Positions 8,552-18,758 of a stretch of 64,000 nucleotides of DNA are shown here, one piece after another. Every line of letters starts with the position of its first letter. Position 1 is the stretch's first letter. Location: the NCBI GenBank assembly GCA_937922045.1, contig CAKZXA010000010.1, positions 35,325-99,324 of the forward strand, written 5' to 3'. Source of the stretch: an uncultured Acidimicrobiales bacterium (lineage in GTDB: Bacteria; Actinomycetota; Acidimicrobiia; Acidimicrobiales; SZUA-35). Below the pieces are notes generated by a model that was given only the letters and a program-made list of their open reading frames with translations, did no database searches and was not told the DNA's origin. Made by a program: the position numbers and the translations under genes.

Positions 8552-9021
8552 CGGCGCCGACCGGCTATCACCTGGCCCAGTTCAACGTGGCCAAAGGCAA
8601 GGGCCCGGCGGAAGACCCAAGTGCCGACGCAGTCATGCGCGAGTTCATGGACAACCTCGACCGGATCAACGAGCTGGCCGATGTCTCACCTGGATTCGTC
8701 TGGCGGCACCAGGATGCCTCAGGAAACTCGACTTCGATCGATGTTTTCGACGACCCCGATGTGCTCGTCAACCTGTCGGTCTGGGAGGACTATGAGTCTT
8801 TCCACGACTATGTCTACCGCTCCGACCACGTGGCCTTCCTGAGGCGGCGGGTCGAATGGTTCGAACCGGTGGAAGACCTGCCGGTCGGTGTTATGTGGTG
8901 GATCCCGGCTGGCACTGAACCATCGATCGAAGAATCGCTGGCCAAACTCCGCCACCTCGGCGAGCACGGGCCAGGCCCCGAAGCCTTCAATCGGCGTCAA
9001 CGCTTCGAACCACCAACCTAA
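8548..9021 (+). CDS. DUF3291 family protein
   Basis: HLAQFNVA, RINELAD.SPGFVWR, VNLSVW, WWIPAG, HGP...AF motifs. Confidence 0.85.
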   Translation: MTAPTGYHLAQFNVAKGKGPAEDPSADAVMREFMDNLDRINELADVSPGFVWRHQDASGNSTSIDVFDDPDVLVNLSVWEDYESFHDYVYRSDHVAFLRRRVEWFEPVEDLPVGVMWWIPAGTEPSIEESLAKLRHLGEHGPGPEAFNRRQRFEPPT

Positions 9022-9063
9022 AAGCTGCCCGGTGGCTAGGGGGCGGCCAGTACGATCGATGTC

Positions 9064-10668
9064 ATGATTCGCGATCAGCTGCTGGCTGCAGTCCACGACG
9101 CCCTCGTCCATCTCGGCGTTGACACCGTTCCCGATGGTGTCGTCGTAGAGCGTCCGGCCCGCCGCGAACATGGCGACTGGTCGACCAACGCTGCTCTCGT
9201 CTCAGCCAAGGCGGTCGGTAAGAACCCTCGCGAGCTGGGCCAGGCCTTGGCCGACCATCTCGACGCCAACCGACCCCCACACGTCGAGGCCCTCGAAATC
9301 GCCGGACCGGGGTTTGTAAACTTCAGGCTCGCCCCCACCTGGCTGCACGACGTGTTGATCGAGGTGATCGACGAGGGAGAGGCCGACTATGGCCGGCTCT
9401 CAATCGGTGATGGGCTTACGGTCAATATCGAGTTTGTCTCCGCCAACCCCACCGGCCCAATCCATGCTGGCGGTGGTCGTTGGGGTGCCTACGGCGATTC
9501 GCTGGCCAGGCTGATGGCTCGGTGCGGCTACGAGCCTCACACCGAGTTCTACATAAACGATCGCGGTGTGCAGACCGTGCTGTTTGGCCAATCTCTCGCC
9601 GCCGCCAAAGCCGGTGACGAAACACCCGAGAAGGGCTACAAAGGCGTCTACATCGACGACTGGGCGGCAGAGATGCCCGACGATGTCGATCCGACGACCT
9701 GGGGTATCGAACGCTCGCTCACCGACTCCCGGCTGGTCCTGGCCGACATGAACGTGGAGTTCGACACCTGGTCCTCTGAGAAGGCCTTGGTCGAGGCGGG
9801 AGCTGAAGCCGAAGTTCTCGACCGGCTGAAGCAGTCAGGCCTCGTCTACGACAAGGACGGAGCGACCTGGCTCAAGACCTCCGAGTATGGGGACACCGAC
9901 GATCGCGTCCTGATCAAGAGCGACGGTGAATACACCTACTTCACCCCCGACATCGCCTATCACCTCGACAAGTACAACCGGGGTGATCATCTGATCGATA
10001 TCCTCGGCGCCGACCATCACGGTTACGCGCCGCGGATGAGGGCGGCGCTTATCGCCCTCGGCAAGCCAGCCGAGTCCTACGAGGTGATCATCGGTCAGAA
10101 CGTGAAGCTGGTTCGAGACGGCACCGAGGTGAAGATGTCGAAGCGGGCTGGCGACATCGTCGAGATCCGCGATCTGATCGATGAGGTCGGTGCCGATGTT
10201 GCGCGGTTTGCCTACCTGCTTCAGTCGGTCGATTCGCCTCAAACCCTCGACCTTGATCTGTTATCAACACAGGCATCGGAGAATCCGGTCTTCTATGTGC
10301 AGTATGCCAATGCCCGAATCCACTCGATTGGACGGGAGGCGGCCGAGCGCGGCATCGAAAGGTCACCGCTGAGCGGCGTTGACCTGTCGGTTCTCGACCA
10401 CGAGCGCGAGCTCGAAGTGCTTCGCGTGTTGTCGTCCTTGCCTGAAGTGCTCGAGGTAGCGGTTAAAGAACGGGCTCCTCACAAGGTGACAACTTGGGTG
10501 CGTGAACTGGCCGCGGCCTTCCATGGTTTCTACCGTGACTGCCCGATCCTACGATCCGATATCGAACCAGAAACTCAACAGGCTCGACTGTGGCTGGCCG
10601 AGGCGTCCCGCGTCGGCCTCGCGATCGGACTCGATCTGCTCGGCGTTAGCGCTCCGGAGCACATGTAA
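9064..10668 (+). CDS. argS: Arginine--tRNA ligase
   Basis: EFVSANPTGPIHAG, GADHHGY, KMSKRAG, YVQYA.ARI. Confidence 0.97.
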   Translation: MIRDQLLAAVHDALVHLGVDTVPDGVVVERPARREHGDWSTNAALVSAKAVGKNPRELGQALADHLDANRPPHVEALEIAGPGFVNFRLAPTWLHDVLIEVIDEGEADYGRLSIGDGLTVNIEFVSANPTGPIHAGGGRWGAYGDSLARLMARCGYEPHTEFYINDRGVQTVLFGQSLAAAKAGDETPEKGYKGVYIDDWAAEMPDDVDPTTWGIERSLTDSRLVLADMNVEFDTWSSEKALVEAGAEAEVLDRLKQSGLVYDKDGATWLKTSEYGDTDDRVLIKSDGEYTYFTPDIAYHLDKYNRGDHLIDILGADHHGYAPRMRAALIALGKPAESYEVIIGQNVKLVRDGTEVKMSKRAGDIVEIRDLIDEVGADVARFAYLLQSVDSPQTLDLDLLSTQASENPVFYVQYANARIHSIGREAAERGIERSPLSGVDLSVLDHERELEVLRVLSSLPEVLEVAVKERAPHKVTTWVRELAAAFHGFYRDCPILRSDIEPETQQARLWLAEASRVGLAIGLDLLGVSAPEHM

Positions 10669-10866
10669 GACCTGGGTGCGCCCAAGGTCGGATAGCCCAT
10701 AGCCCTCGAGGTGCTTTTCGCCGCGTCTCAATCCTCAAGTTCGTCTTGGTGGTGGTCGTTATCACTACTGGGCGCAGTGCGACGCTGAGGATCGCAAAAC
10801 GCTCCACCTCTGTTTGGAGAGCACCTTGGGACGTAATCAACGCGGGCGCCCAGAAGGCGACCACCG

Positions 10867-11787
10867 ATGAGAGATCTTCTATCCGGCCGCGTTATGGCTG
10901 CGCTCTTTGCTCTGGTCATCGGCGGCGCTGGCGTCGCCGTGCTCGTGCGCTACGTGCAGACCAGCGAACAGCGCTCTCTCGCTGGCTATGAGCTGGTCGA
11001 AACCTACATCGTCGATGAACCCATCCCCGCTGGTACTCCGGCGGCTGAGATAGGCGCCCAGGTCAGCATCGACGAGGTTCCGCTAGTCTCCCGGCCCATA
11101 GATGCGGTCAACGACCTGACCCAGCTTGCCGACCTCGTCGCCACCGTTGATCTTGTGCCCGGTGAGCAGCTTCTCGCCTCCCGGTTCGACCGCCCCGATG
11201 ATGTGCGCACCGTGTTTGGCGGCACGACGGAGGTGCCGCCCGGTTTCCTGGAAGTAACGATTCAGGCTACCTCGGAGCGCGTGGTCGGTGGCCAGGTCTC
11301 ACCTGGTGATGTGGTTGCCCTCTTCGGCTCCTTCGAGGCCTTTCAAGCCGACGATGACCAGGTCAGCGGCTTGCTTCTCCGAAAAGCGTTGGTGACCAAC
11401 GTGCAGGCCTCGACCGCCGACATCTTTGATCAGGCCGATGAAGACGGCCGCAGCCGATCAGCACCAACCGTGGAGCTTCTGATCACCGTGGCCGTAAGCC
11501 CGGTCGACGCTACCCGGATCGTGTTCGCCAGTGAGTACGGCAATGTCTGGCTGGCCCGCGACACGGTCTTGGCCAGTGAAGCGCTTACACCGTCGATCTC
11601 CATCGACTCCGTCTTCGATGAAGGTGTCACAAGTGCGACGCCACCGGCCACGGATCAAGACGAGGTTGAAGACGGAGCGGTTGACGAAAAGCCATCCGAT
11701 CTGGCCTTTGAAGACGAAGGAACGGCCAGCGATGCCAGCACCGACGGTGCTGAAGAGATCGTTCAATCTGAGGAGCCGAGCGAGTGA
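10867..11787 (+). CDS. cpaB: Flp pilus assembly protein CpaB/RcpC
   Basis: N-terminal TM, SAF-like domain (IPAGT...LVPGEQLL..RF), GGQVSPGD.V; first gene of the tad operon. Confidence 0.85.
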   Translation: MRDLLSGRVMAALFALVIGGAGVAVLVRYVQTSEQRSLAGYELVETYIVDEPIPAGTPAAEIGAQVSIDEVPLVSRPIDAVNDLTQLADLVATVDLVPGEQLLASRFDRPDDVRTVFGGTTEVPPGFLEVTIQATSERVVGGQVSPGDVVALFGSFEAFQADDDQVSGLLLRKALVTNVQASTADIFDQADEDGRSRSAPTVELLITVAVSPVDATRIVFASEYGNVWLARDTVLASEALTPSISIDSVFDEGVTSATPPATDQDEVEDGAVDEKPSDLAFEDEGTASDASTDGAEEIVQSEEPSE

Positions 11788-12974
11788 AGGCACGAGTTGT
11801 AGTGCTAACCAATGCCGACGAGTTGAGCGAGCTTTCGGAACGTGTCAACCGAGAAGACTTCGACCTCGTGTTCGAGCCGTACGGTGGCGATGGTGCTGTA
11901 GACGACCTTGTTGGCCGCATAGCGTCTCTGCGTTGTGAGCTTGTCGTGTTCGGCTTCGATCTTCCTGAACAGGTGGTGCTCGCCGCCTCCACTGCACTCA
12001 CCGAGACTCATCCGGAGATCGGCTGCGTAGCCTATCGATCAGCCTCGCCTGAGTTCATCCTTCGAGCCCTACGCAGCGGCCTCGGCGACGTGATCAACCC
12101 CGATCACAACGGCCACTCAGAGTTGATCGAAACCCTGCGTCGAATGCTCAAATCTGGGGCTCTTCGCCGTGAACGGATGAGCATCATCCACGGCGCTGAT
12201 GATGACGGACGGATCATCACGGTAATCGGTCCGAAGGGTGGGGTTGGCAAGTCGACGATTGCGGTCAATCTCGCCTGCGCTCTAGCCACGGATGCACCGA
12301 ACGAGGTGGTGCTTGTCGATCTGGATCTCCAGGGCGGCGATGTGGCCGAGATGCTTCGCTTGGAAGTCACGTCCAACGTTGCCATGGCAGCGAGGTCTGG
12401 TGCGCTTCGAGATCCGGCCACCCTCAAACTCAGCCTGACCGCTCACAGCGCTGGCATGCTGGTCTTGCCGGCCCCGACCTCATTGGTCGAAGCAGGCCAG
12501 GTCGACCTGAGCGACTTGGCCGAACTCTTGGAGCTGCTCGGGCAACTCTTTCGTTTCGTGATTGTCGACACGGGGCCTGGCGCCCCCGACGCCGTCATCG
12601 CGGCGGTCAAGTCTTCAGGAGATGTCATCGCTGTGGTCAGCTCCGAGGTAGGTGGCATCCGATCGCTTGGGCGGTATCTGGTCGCACTCGAAGAGATCGG
12701 TTTGCAATGGCCTCGCACCCACTTTGTGTTGAACCGCCTCGACAGGCGCGCCGGGATGACCCGGGAGGACGTCGAGGCGACCCTCGGGCAGCCGGTAGAT
12801 GTGGTCGTCGAGTACGAACGCTCGGTACCAGCGGCGGGTAATCAGGGTGTGCCCTACATCCAAACCCGGCCCCGCGGCCGATTGACGGCAGGGATAGCCC
12901 AACTCGTCGATCGCTTGGCAACAACGAATGATGCTGATGTGCCGGTCGTTGCCAGGAAGGGCAGGTTTCGCTAG
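11784..12974 (+). CDS. cpaE: CpaE/TadZ receiver-MinD-like ATPase
   Basis: Degenerate receiver domain plus KGGVGKST Walker A, VDLDLQ.GD. Confidence 0.85.
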   Translation: MKARVVVLTNADELSELSERVNREDFDLVFEPYGGDGAVDDLVGRIASLRCELVVFGFDLPEQVVLAASTALTETHPEIGCVAYRSASPEFILRALRSGLGDVINPDHNGHSELIETLRRMLKSGALRRERMSIIHGADDDGRIITVIGPKGGVGKSTIAVNLACALATDAPNEVVLVDLDLQGGDVAEMLRLEVTSNVAMAARSGALRDPATLKLSLTAHSAGMLVLPAPTSLVEAGQVDLSDLAELLELLGQLFRFVIVDTGPGAPDAVIAAVKSSGDVIAVVSSEVGGIRSLGRYLVALEEIGLQWPRTHFVLNRLDRRAGMTREDVEATLGQPVDVVVEYERSVPAAGNQGVPYIQTRPRGRLTAGIAQLVDRLATTNDADVPVVARKGRFR

Positions 12975-12977
12975 ATC

Positions 12978-14363
12978 GTGGAACTTGCGCGGATGTTGGC
13001 CGAGGCCAAGAGCGGTGAGGTGCACCCCAAAGAGGACAACCCCGGCAAGAGCCGCCGCGACGATCGTGAAGCCGATAAGCCAACGGTGATCGAAACGCTG
13101 GGCGATCAGGTTCGCTCCCGCTTGATCGAAAACGTCGGTTCGGAACTGATCGATTCGGATCTTGACCAGGATGAGCTCCGGAAACGGGTAAGCGAAGAGC
13201 TTGAACAGCTGATCGAGTCCGAACGGCTGCCGCTGACCAGCAAAGAGCGGACCCAGATGGTTCTGGCCGTCACCGGCGACCTGATGGGGCTCGGCCCACT
13301 TGAACCCCTGCTCGAAGACATCGATGTCAGCGAGGTCATGGTCAACGGCACCGACGCTATCTATGTTGAACGCCACGGACGGATTGTGCTCACCGACGTG
13401 CGATTCCGTACCGAGAAGCATCTACGTCAGGTGATCGATCGGATCGTCGCCAGTGTCGGTCGTCGAGTCGACGAGACCTCGCCGATGGTGGATGCCCGAC
13501 TCTCCGACGGGTCTCGAGTAAATGCGATCATCCCGCCCTTAGCGGTTGACGGCTCCACACTGACGATTCGCAAGTTCAGCGCTACCGGCCTCGACGCCGA
13601 TGATCTGGTGAGCCGGGGAGCGCTATCTCGGGCCGCGGTTGACGTTTTGCAAGGCATGGTTGAGGGCAGCCTGAATATTTTAGTCGCCGGCGGAACCGGC
13701 ACCGGCAAGACGACCTTTCTCAACATGCTGTCGGGTTTCATCCCCAGCCATGAACGCATCGTCACGATCGAGGACGCAGTCGAGCTTCGCCTTCGTCAGC
13801 GGCATGTCATCCGGCTCGAATGTCGACCGGCAAATATCGAAGGCAAGGGCGAGGTCGGTATTCGTGACCTGGTGCGGAACAGTCTGCGCATGAGACCCGA
13901 TCGCGTCATCATCGGCGAGTGCCGTGGGGCCGAAGCCCTCGACATGCTCCAGGCGATGAACACCGGCCACGACGGATCCCTTACGACCTTGCATGCCAAC
14001 TCCCCGCGCGACGCCCTAGCTCGGATCGAGACCATGGTCATGTTCGCCGGCTTCGATCTTCCAACCCGCGCTATCCGGGAACAGATGGCATCCGCAATCG
14101 ACATTGTCGTTCATCTTGAACGCCTGCCGGATGGCAGGCGTGCGGTGGCCTCGATCACCGAGGTGATCGGCATGGAAAGCGATCAGATAACGCTGAATGA
14201 GCTGTTCGCCCTCCACTACGACAGCACCGCTCCCAATCGCGCTGATGGGTCTCCGAGCGGCCCAACCCTTCGCTCGACCGGGATACGGCCCTACTGTTCG
14301 GACACGTTGGCGAACAGGGGTGTGGTCTTCGACGCTTCACTCTTCGAGGCGAGTCCCTGGTGA
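12978..14363 (+). CDS. cpaF: CpaF/TadA pilus assembly ATPase
   Basis: [40 protein letters not shown]. Confidence 0.95.
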   Translation: MELARMLAEAKSGEVHPKEDNPGKSRRDDREADKPTVIETLGDQVRSRLIENVGSELIDSDLDQDELRKRVSEELEQLIESERLPLTSKERTQMVLAVTGDLMGLGPLEPLLEDIDVSEVMVNGTDAIYVERHGRIVLTDVRFRTEKHLRQVIDRIVASVGRRVDETSPMVDARLSDGSRVNAIIPPLAVDGSTLTIRKFSATGLDADDLVSRGALSRAAVDVLQGMVEGSLNILVAGGTGTGKTTFLNMLSGFIPSHERIVTIEDAVELRLRQRHVIRLECRPANIEGKGEVGIRDLVRNSLRMRPDRVIIGECRGAEALDMLQAMNTGHDGSLTTLHANSPRDALARIETMVMFAGFDLPTRAIREQMASAIDIVVHLERLPDGRRAVASITEVIGMESDQITLNELFALHYDSTAPNRADGSPSGPTLRSTGIRPYCSDTLANRGVVFDASLFEASPW

Positions 14364-16201
14364 TCGCTCAAGATCGCGGTGAAGCGTTAGAGCTCGAGGT
14401 CGTCTCGGTCGACACCTCAACGCCCGGGATGCTTCGGCTGCGGTTACTAACACCAACCGATCACACCGGCAGCGTCGCAGCTGGGGATTTGCAGGCCTCG
14501 ATCGCCGGAGAGCCTGCTGATGCCACGATCCAGCCGGCAGTTGCCGATTCGATGCAGGTCGCCCTCGTGATCGACGTGTCGGGATCGATGCGAGGTGAAG
14601 CCATCGCTTCCGCCCGTGACTCTGTCGCCGACTTCGTTTCGCTGCTTCCGCCCTCCACGGAGATCGCAGTGATCTCCTTCGGCTCGACGGCCGAGGTCGT
14701 GCAGGGCGCAACCCTCAACCGGGATCCGGTTCTGAGCGCGATCGACGGTCTAGAAGCGGTGGGGGAGACGTCGTTGTACGACGGAGTGCTGGCAGCCATC
14801 CAGCTGCCAGCTGATGCTCAGCGCCTCCCTGTCGTCGTGCTCTCCGACGGCGGCGACACGACGAGCGCGGCTTCGCTCGATCAGGTTCTCGATGTGGTTG
14901 CGGCCTCGCCCCACCGAATCTACGGCATCTCTCTGCAGACCGATGAATCGAACCCTGAAGCCCTGGTGTCGTTAGCCGAGACGTCGGGAGGACAGGTGGT
15001 GGCCGCCGACAGCCCGGCCAAGATTGCCGAGCTCTACGCCACGTTGGCTGAGAGTCTTGCCAGCGAATATGAGGTGACGATTCCCATCGATAGGGAAGGC
15101 CCAGCGACGATCGCTCTGCAGCTGGACGATGGTGCGGCCCGGTTTGAATGGTCGGGCGTTGTCGATCTGCCGGAGATTGAAGGTCATGCGGCCGGCCTCA
15201 ACGTTGTAGCGGTTGAACCGGCGACGCGGGTTGTGCCCGAACCGGGATTGCTGGCCGGGCCGAACCTGCTCGGCCTCGGGGCGGGGCTTGTGGCTGCTGC
15301 CTTCTTGGCTCTTGTCGTCGGCTGGCTCGGTCGTTCGGGATCCAGCAATCGTCCAAGGCGGCGGAGGTTCGAATCCGCTGGTGTCAAGTCTCGCACCTTA
15401 CGGTTCGCTGATCTCCGCCGTGACACATCACAGGTGGTTGAGACAGCTATCCGTGGCACGGCGACCGACCGGCTGGCGGCCCAGCTCGATTCCGCCGGTT
15501 TGAAACTGCGGGTCGGCGAGATGATCCTGATCAATGCGGGCTCGACGCTGGCTGCGGGCCTGTTGGGGTTGAGTACCTTCGGCCTTGCTGGCCTCGTTGC
15601 CGGTATAGCCCTCGGATTGTCCTTGCCTCGGCTGCTGGTCCGCTTCCGGTGCTCTCGGCGGGCGAAGGCGTTCGAACGCCAGCTTCCCGACATCCTCGTC
15701 GCTTTGGCCAATGTGATGAAGGTCGGCTACTCGATGAACCGAGGTCTGGCCGCGGTGGCTCGCGAAGCAGAGGAACCAGCCAAGAGTGAGCTGAACCGAG
15801 CGGTTGTTGAGGCCCGCGTTGGCGGCGATCTCGTGAATGCTCTGCATGGAATCGCTGAGCGTATGGGCAGCGTCGACCTCGGATGGGTTGTCGATGCGAT
15901 CTCGATCAATATCACGGTTGGCGGTGAGCTGGCCTCTCTTCTGGAACGGGCGGCGGAGACCGTCCGTTCTCGGGCCACGCTGAGAGCCCAGGTGGCAGCC
16001 TTGACGGCTGAAGGGCGGATGTCGGCCTCTGTCCTGCTGCTGCTCCCACCAGCGCTCACCACCTTCATTGCCTTCTCGAACCCTCAGTACTTTGATGGGA
16101 TCTGGGCCCACCCCGCCTCGTATTGGCTGGCTGGAGCATCGGCCATGATGCTCGTCGTCGGCGGCTTGTGGATCAAGAAGATGGTCAATGCGGTCGGGTA
16201 G
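14360..16201 (+). CDS. tadB: vWA-domain fused TadB (T2SSF family)
   Basis: MIDAS DVSGS...T...LSDG in N-half; C-half QLPD.L, GG.LA..L...AETVR, LTAEGRMS. Confidence 0.85.
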   Translation: MIAQDRGEALELEVVSVDTSTPGMLRLRLLTPTDHTGSVAAGDLQASIAGEPADATIQPAVADSMQVALVIDVSGSMRGEAIASARDSVADFVSLLPPSTEIAVISFGSTAEVVQGATLNRDPVLSAIDGLEAVGETSLYDGVLAAIQLPADAQRLPVVVLSDGGDTTSAASLDQVLDVVAASPHRIYGISLQTDESNPEALVSLAETSGGQVVAADSPAKIAELYATLAESLASEYEVTIPIDREGPATIALQLDDGAARFEWSGVVDLPEIEGHAAGLNVVAVEPATRVVPEPGLLAGPNLLGLGAGLVAAAFLALVVGWLGRSGSSNRPRRRRFESAGVKSRTLRFADLRRDTSQVVETAIRGTATDRLAAQLDSAGLKLRVGEMILINAGSTLAAGLLGLSTFGLAGLVAGIALGLSLPRLLVRFRCSRRAKAFERQLPDILVALANVMKVGYSMNRGLAAVAREAEEPAKSELNRAVVEARVGGDLVNALHGIAERMGSVDLGWVVDAISINITVGGELASLLERAAETVRSRATLRAQVAALTAEGRMSASVLLLLPPALTTFIAFSNPQYFDGIWAHPASYWLAGASAMMLVVGGLWIKKMVNAVG

Positions 16202-16207
16202 GTTCTG

Positions 16208-17161
16208 ATGTCGATGACCGTATCCGAAGGCGTTCCCGGCCTCGCTCTGGCGGCAATCGTCGACGGAGGTCTCGTCACGGTGCTGGTTGCGTCTGCCGCC
16301 GTCGTCGGGTCGATTCCTCTGCTTGTGTTCGCTCTCTGGCCACGGGGTCGGGCCGCGGCGAAGGTCAAGGCCAAGCCTGGCTCTCACTACCGCCAAAATG
16401 AACTGCGCACATCCTTTGCCGATCGACTCGTGCTCCCGATCGTGCAAGATGTCACCCACTACGCTCGCCGCGTGACACCTCAAGGGGTCATCAACGCTTC
16501 CGCCGACCAATTGGCCATCGCAGGCCTTGCTGGATCTCGCGTCTTGGAAGCGATCTTGAGTCTCAAGGTGCTGTTTAGCCTGGCCGGTGGTATCGGAGCC
16601 TTTGTCGGTCTCGCCTCGGTGACAATGGTCAGTCGTCTCGCCTTTGCCGTCGGCGCCGGTTTGGTTGGTTTTGCTCTCCCCGATATGTACGTAAGGCGGC
16701 GGGCTTCAGCTAGGCGGGAGACCATTAGCCGCTCGCTGCCCGATGTTTTGGACCAGTTGGCGGTCATCATCGAGGCTGGCCTTGGCTTCGACGCTGCTCT
16801 TTCTCGAATTGTTCAGAGCTCATCGGGCCCCTTGATCGACGAGTTCGCCCGCGCCTTGCAATCGATGCGCTTGGGTAAGAGCCGCTCAGAGTCGCTCCAG
16901 AAGATTGCCGAACGCACCGACGTGGTGGAGGTGCGCCAGTTCGTTGGCGCTATCAAGCAGGCTGACAGCCTTGGTGTGCCGGTGGCGCGTGTTGTTCGCA
17001 CCCAGGCCGACCATATGCGTCAGCTGAAGCGACTGGCCGCTGAAGAAAAGGCGATGCGACTTCCGGTGAAGCTCACCTTACCCATGGTCTTGTGCATGCT
17101 TCCCTCACTGTTCATCGTCCTCATCGGACCTGTGGTCATCCGAGCGATGCAGAGCCTGTAG
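16208..17161 (+). CDS. tadC: TadC (T2SSF family)
   Basis: LPDVLD...IEAGLGFDAAL, AEEKA..LPVKL..P. Confidence 0.9.
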   Translation: MSMTVSEGVPGLALAAIVDGGLVTVLVASAAVVGSIPLLVFALWPRGRAAAKVKAKPGSHYRQNELRTSFADRLVLPIVQDVTHYARRVTPQGVINASADQLAIAGLAGSRVLEAILSLKVLFSLAGGIGAFVGLASVTMVSRLAFAVGAGLVGFALPDMYVRRRASARRETISRSLPDVLDQLAVIIEAGLGFDAALSRIVQSSSGPLIDEFARALQSMRLGKSRSESLQKIAERTDVVEVRQFVGAIKQADSLGVPVARVVRTQADHMRQLKRLAAEEKAMRLPVKLTLPMVLCMLPSLFIVLIGPVVIRAMQSL

Positions 17162-17202
17162 CGCTCAGTCGGCGACAAACGCTCGGTCACGTCCACCGCT
17201 TG

Positions 17203-18258
17203 TCAGGGTGAGAGGCCGATGCAGTCGGCCAATACCTGGCCACAGACACGTTTGGCATCGGCGTCCCAGTTGTCTGAGACAAAGCCTGGTTCAAACCGGA
17301 TGGTCAACGAACGGCTGGCTTGGGCGCCGCGCACCTGGAAATCGATCAGTTCGCCAGGAGCGACGCCGACGGCCCTGAAGGTCAGGTTTGCGCCCTGACC
17401 TTCAACACCGCGGTAGATGATGAAGGGAACCGTCCCTAGGTTCGACAGTGTCTCTAACTCACTCTGCAGACTTGAAGATAGGACACCGGGGTTGCCGTCG
17501 ATACAGCCGACCGGATCTACCGAGCAGGGGGTGGTGGATGAGGAGGTAAAGAGGTCGCCGTCATAGCCGCTTTCGATCCAGTTGCCGACAGCACCCGTCG
17601 AGTTTGCTCCTCCGTCAAAGTCGAGGAGTCCCCAGTTGCCTGGGTTCCTACCGCCTCGAGCAGTGCAGGAGTCGACGTTGGTCGATGCGTCGAGGGTAAT
17701 GACCACGACGACTTCGTCGACAGGGTTGGACAACCATGCTTGGAGATCAGGATTGCCATCAGCGCAAAAGGCGAAAGGCCGGATCCCCCGATAAATCTGT
17801 CGGCCCCACATAGCGGCCGTGGATGAGGTCGAGACACCCGACTCGAGACCCAGAATCTGACCGAGGCCGTAATTGACGGTGGTTGAGGAATGGACTTCAA
17901 CCACACCACTGCGTCGGTTGCCAGCCAGGGTGACGTCGCAGGTGAAGGACGTGTTTTGAGGAGCGTTGAGTTCGACATACACACGGGCCTCTGTGCACCC
18001 ATCGCCTCCGGCGCCATAGACAGCTGCGGCTGCGCTAGCACCGGCATCGGTGGCGGTCACGAGCGCCCGTCGTTCGCTCCAGAGGCGGCCTGATTCAATC
18101 GCCAGGCCTCCCAAGCCGACGATCGCGGTTAGGCAGACCAGCACGATGATGAATGACGCCCCCCGCTCTGTCTCGGCGTCGTCGGCTGTCTCGGCGTGAT
18201 CCGCGGTCTCGTCGTCTACCTGGGTTCCAACGGGCCGTGGAGCGCAGCCTATTCGCAT
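17203..18258 (-). CDS. TadG-like pilus assembly protein
   Basis: ERGA + hydrophobic helix + ATDAGASAAA Tad N-terminal motif; PGNWGLLDFDGG domain. Confidence 0.75.
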   Translation of the reverse strand: MRIGCAPRPVGTQVDDETADHAETADDAETERGASFIIVLVCLTAIVGLGGLAIESGRLWSERRALVTATDAGASAAAAVYGAGGDGCTEARVYVELNAPQNTSFTCDVTLAGNRRSGVVEVHSSTTVNYGLGQILGLESGVSTSSTAAMWGRQIYRGIRPFAFCADGNPDLQAWLSNPVDEVVVVITLDASTNVDSCTARGGRNPGNWGLLDFDGGANSTGAVGNWIESGYDGDLFTSSSTTPCSVDPVGCIDGNPGVLSSSLQSELETLSNLGTVPFIIYRGVEGQGANLTFRAVGVAPGELIDFQVRGAQASRSLTIRFEPGFVSDNWDADAKRVCGQVLADCIGLSP

Positions 18259-18635
18259 CGGAAGGTACCGGCGCCGGACAGCGAGACGGTCTGCCCGGCC
18301 AGGAAGGGGATGTCGAGCTCAGCGGTTGTTTGCAACTCCACCTTCACCGGCTCACCACGGCGGCCGTCGCATGGTTCATCGCCGCCAGGGCTAATAATGA
18401 TCGTAGGGTTCGACTCGCCGCCGGCGCTGAGGGCGCGGTTGATGGCCAACTGAATGTCGACGCTTGTGGAGGATGGGAAAGAAGCGGTGCGCGCCCCTTC
18501 CCTGGCCGCGGCTTGAAGTGTTTGTTGTTGCAGGAGAAGAAAGCTGATCTGCACGACGCCGAGGGTGAGCATGATGAGCAAGGGGGCCACAAACGCGAAC
18601 TCGATGATGACCGCTCCTTTTTCATCTGTGCGCAT
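18249..18635 (-). CDS. tadE: TadE family pseudopilin
   Basis: EKG/AVIIEFAFVAPLL ... AAREGAR ... C-terminal RCE. Confidence 0.9.
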   Translation of the reverse strand: MRTDEKGAVIIEFAFVAPLLIMLTLGVVQISFLLLQQQTLQAAAREGARTASFPSSTSVDIQLAINRALSAGGESNPTIIISPGGDEPCDGRRGEPVKVELQTTAELDIPFLAGQTVSLSGAGTFRCE

Positions 18636-18758
18636 CGTTCCGCTTCGGCGCGAACTGCGCTGTTCTTTAGGTTTCTCGGGGTCAGAGCCTCGGTCTCGTC
18701 AGCCTTCGTTTCATGATCGCAGGCTTCAATCTCAGCCGAAACGACCGACTGGACTCAC

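Noticed and set aside
10669-10866. Possible hidden Flp pilin or c-di-GMP riboswitch upstream of cpaB
   Set aside because: None of the listed small ORFs has the G/xxxxEY plus hydrophobic helix motif, and I could not identify a riboswitch consensus by eye.
18720-18758. Sigma-28/WhiG-like promoter (TCAA...CCGA) before the large secreted gene
   Set aside because: Match to TAAA-N15-GCCGATAA is too weak to support.
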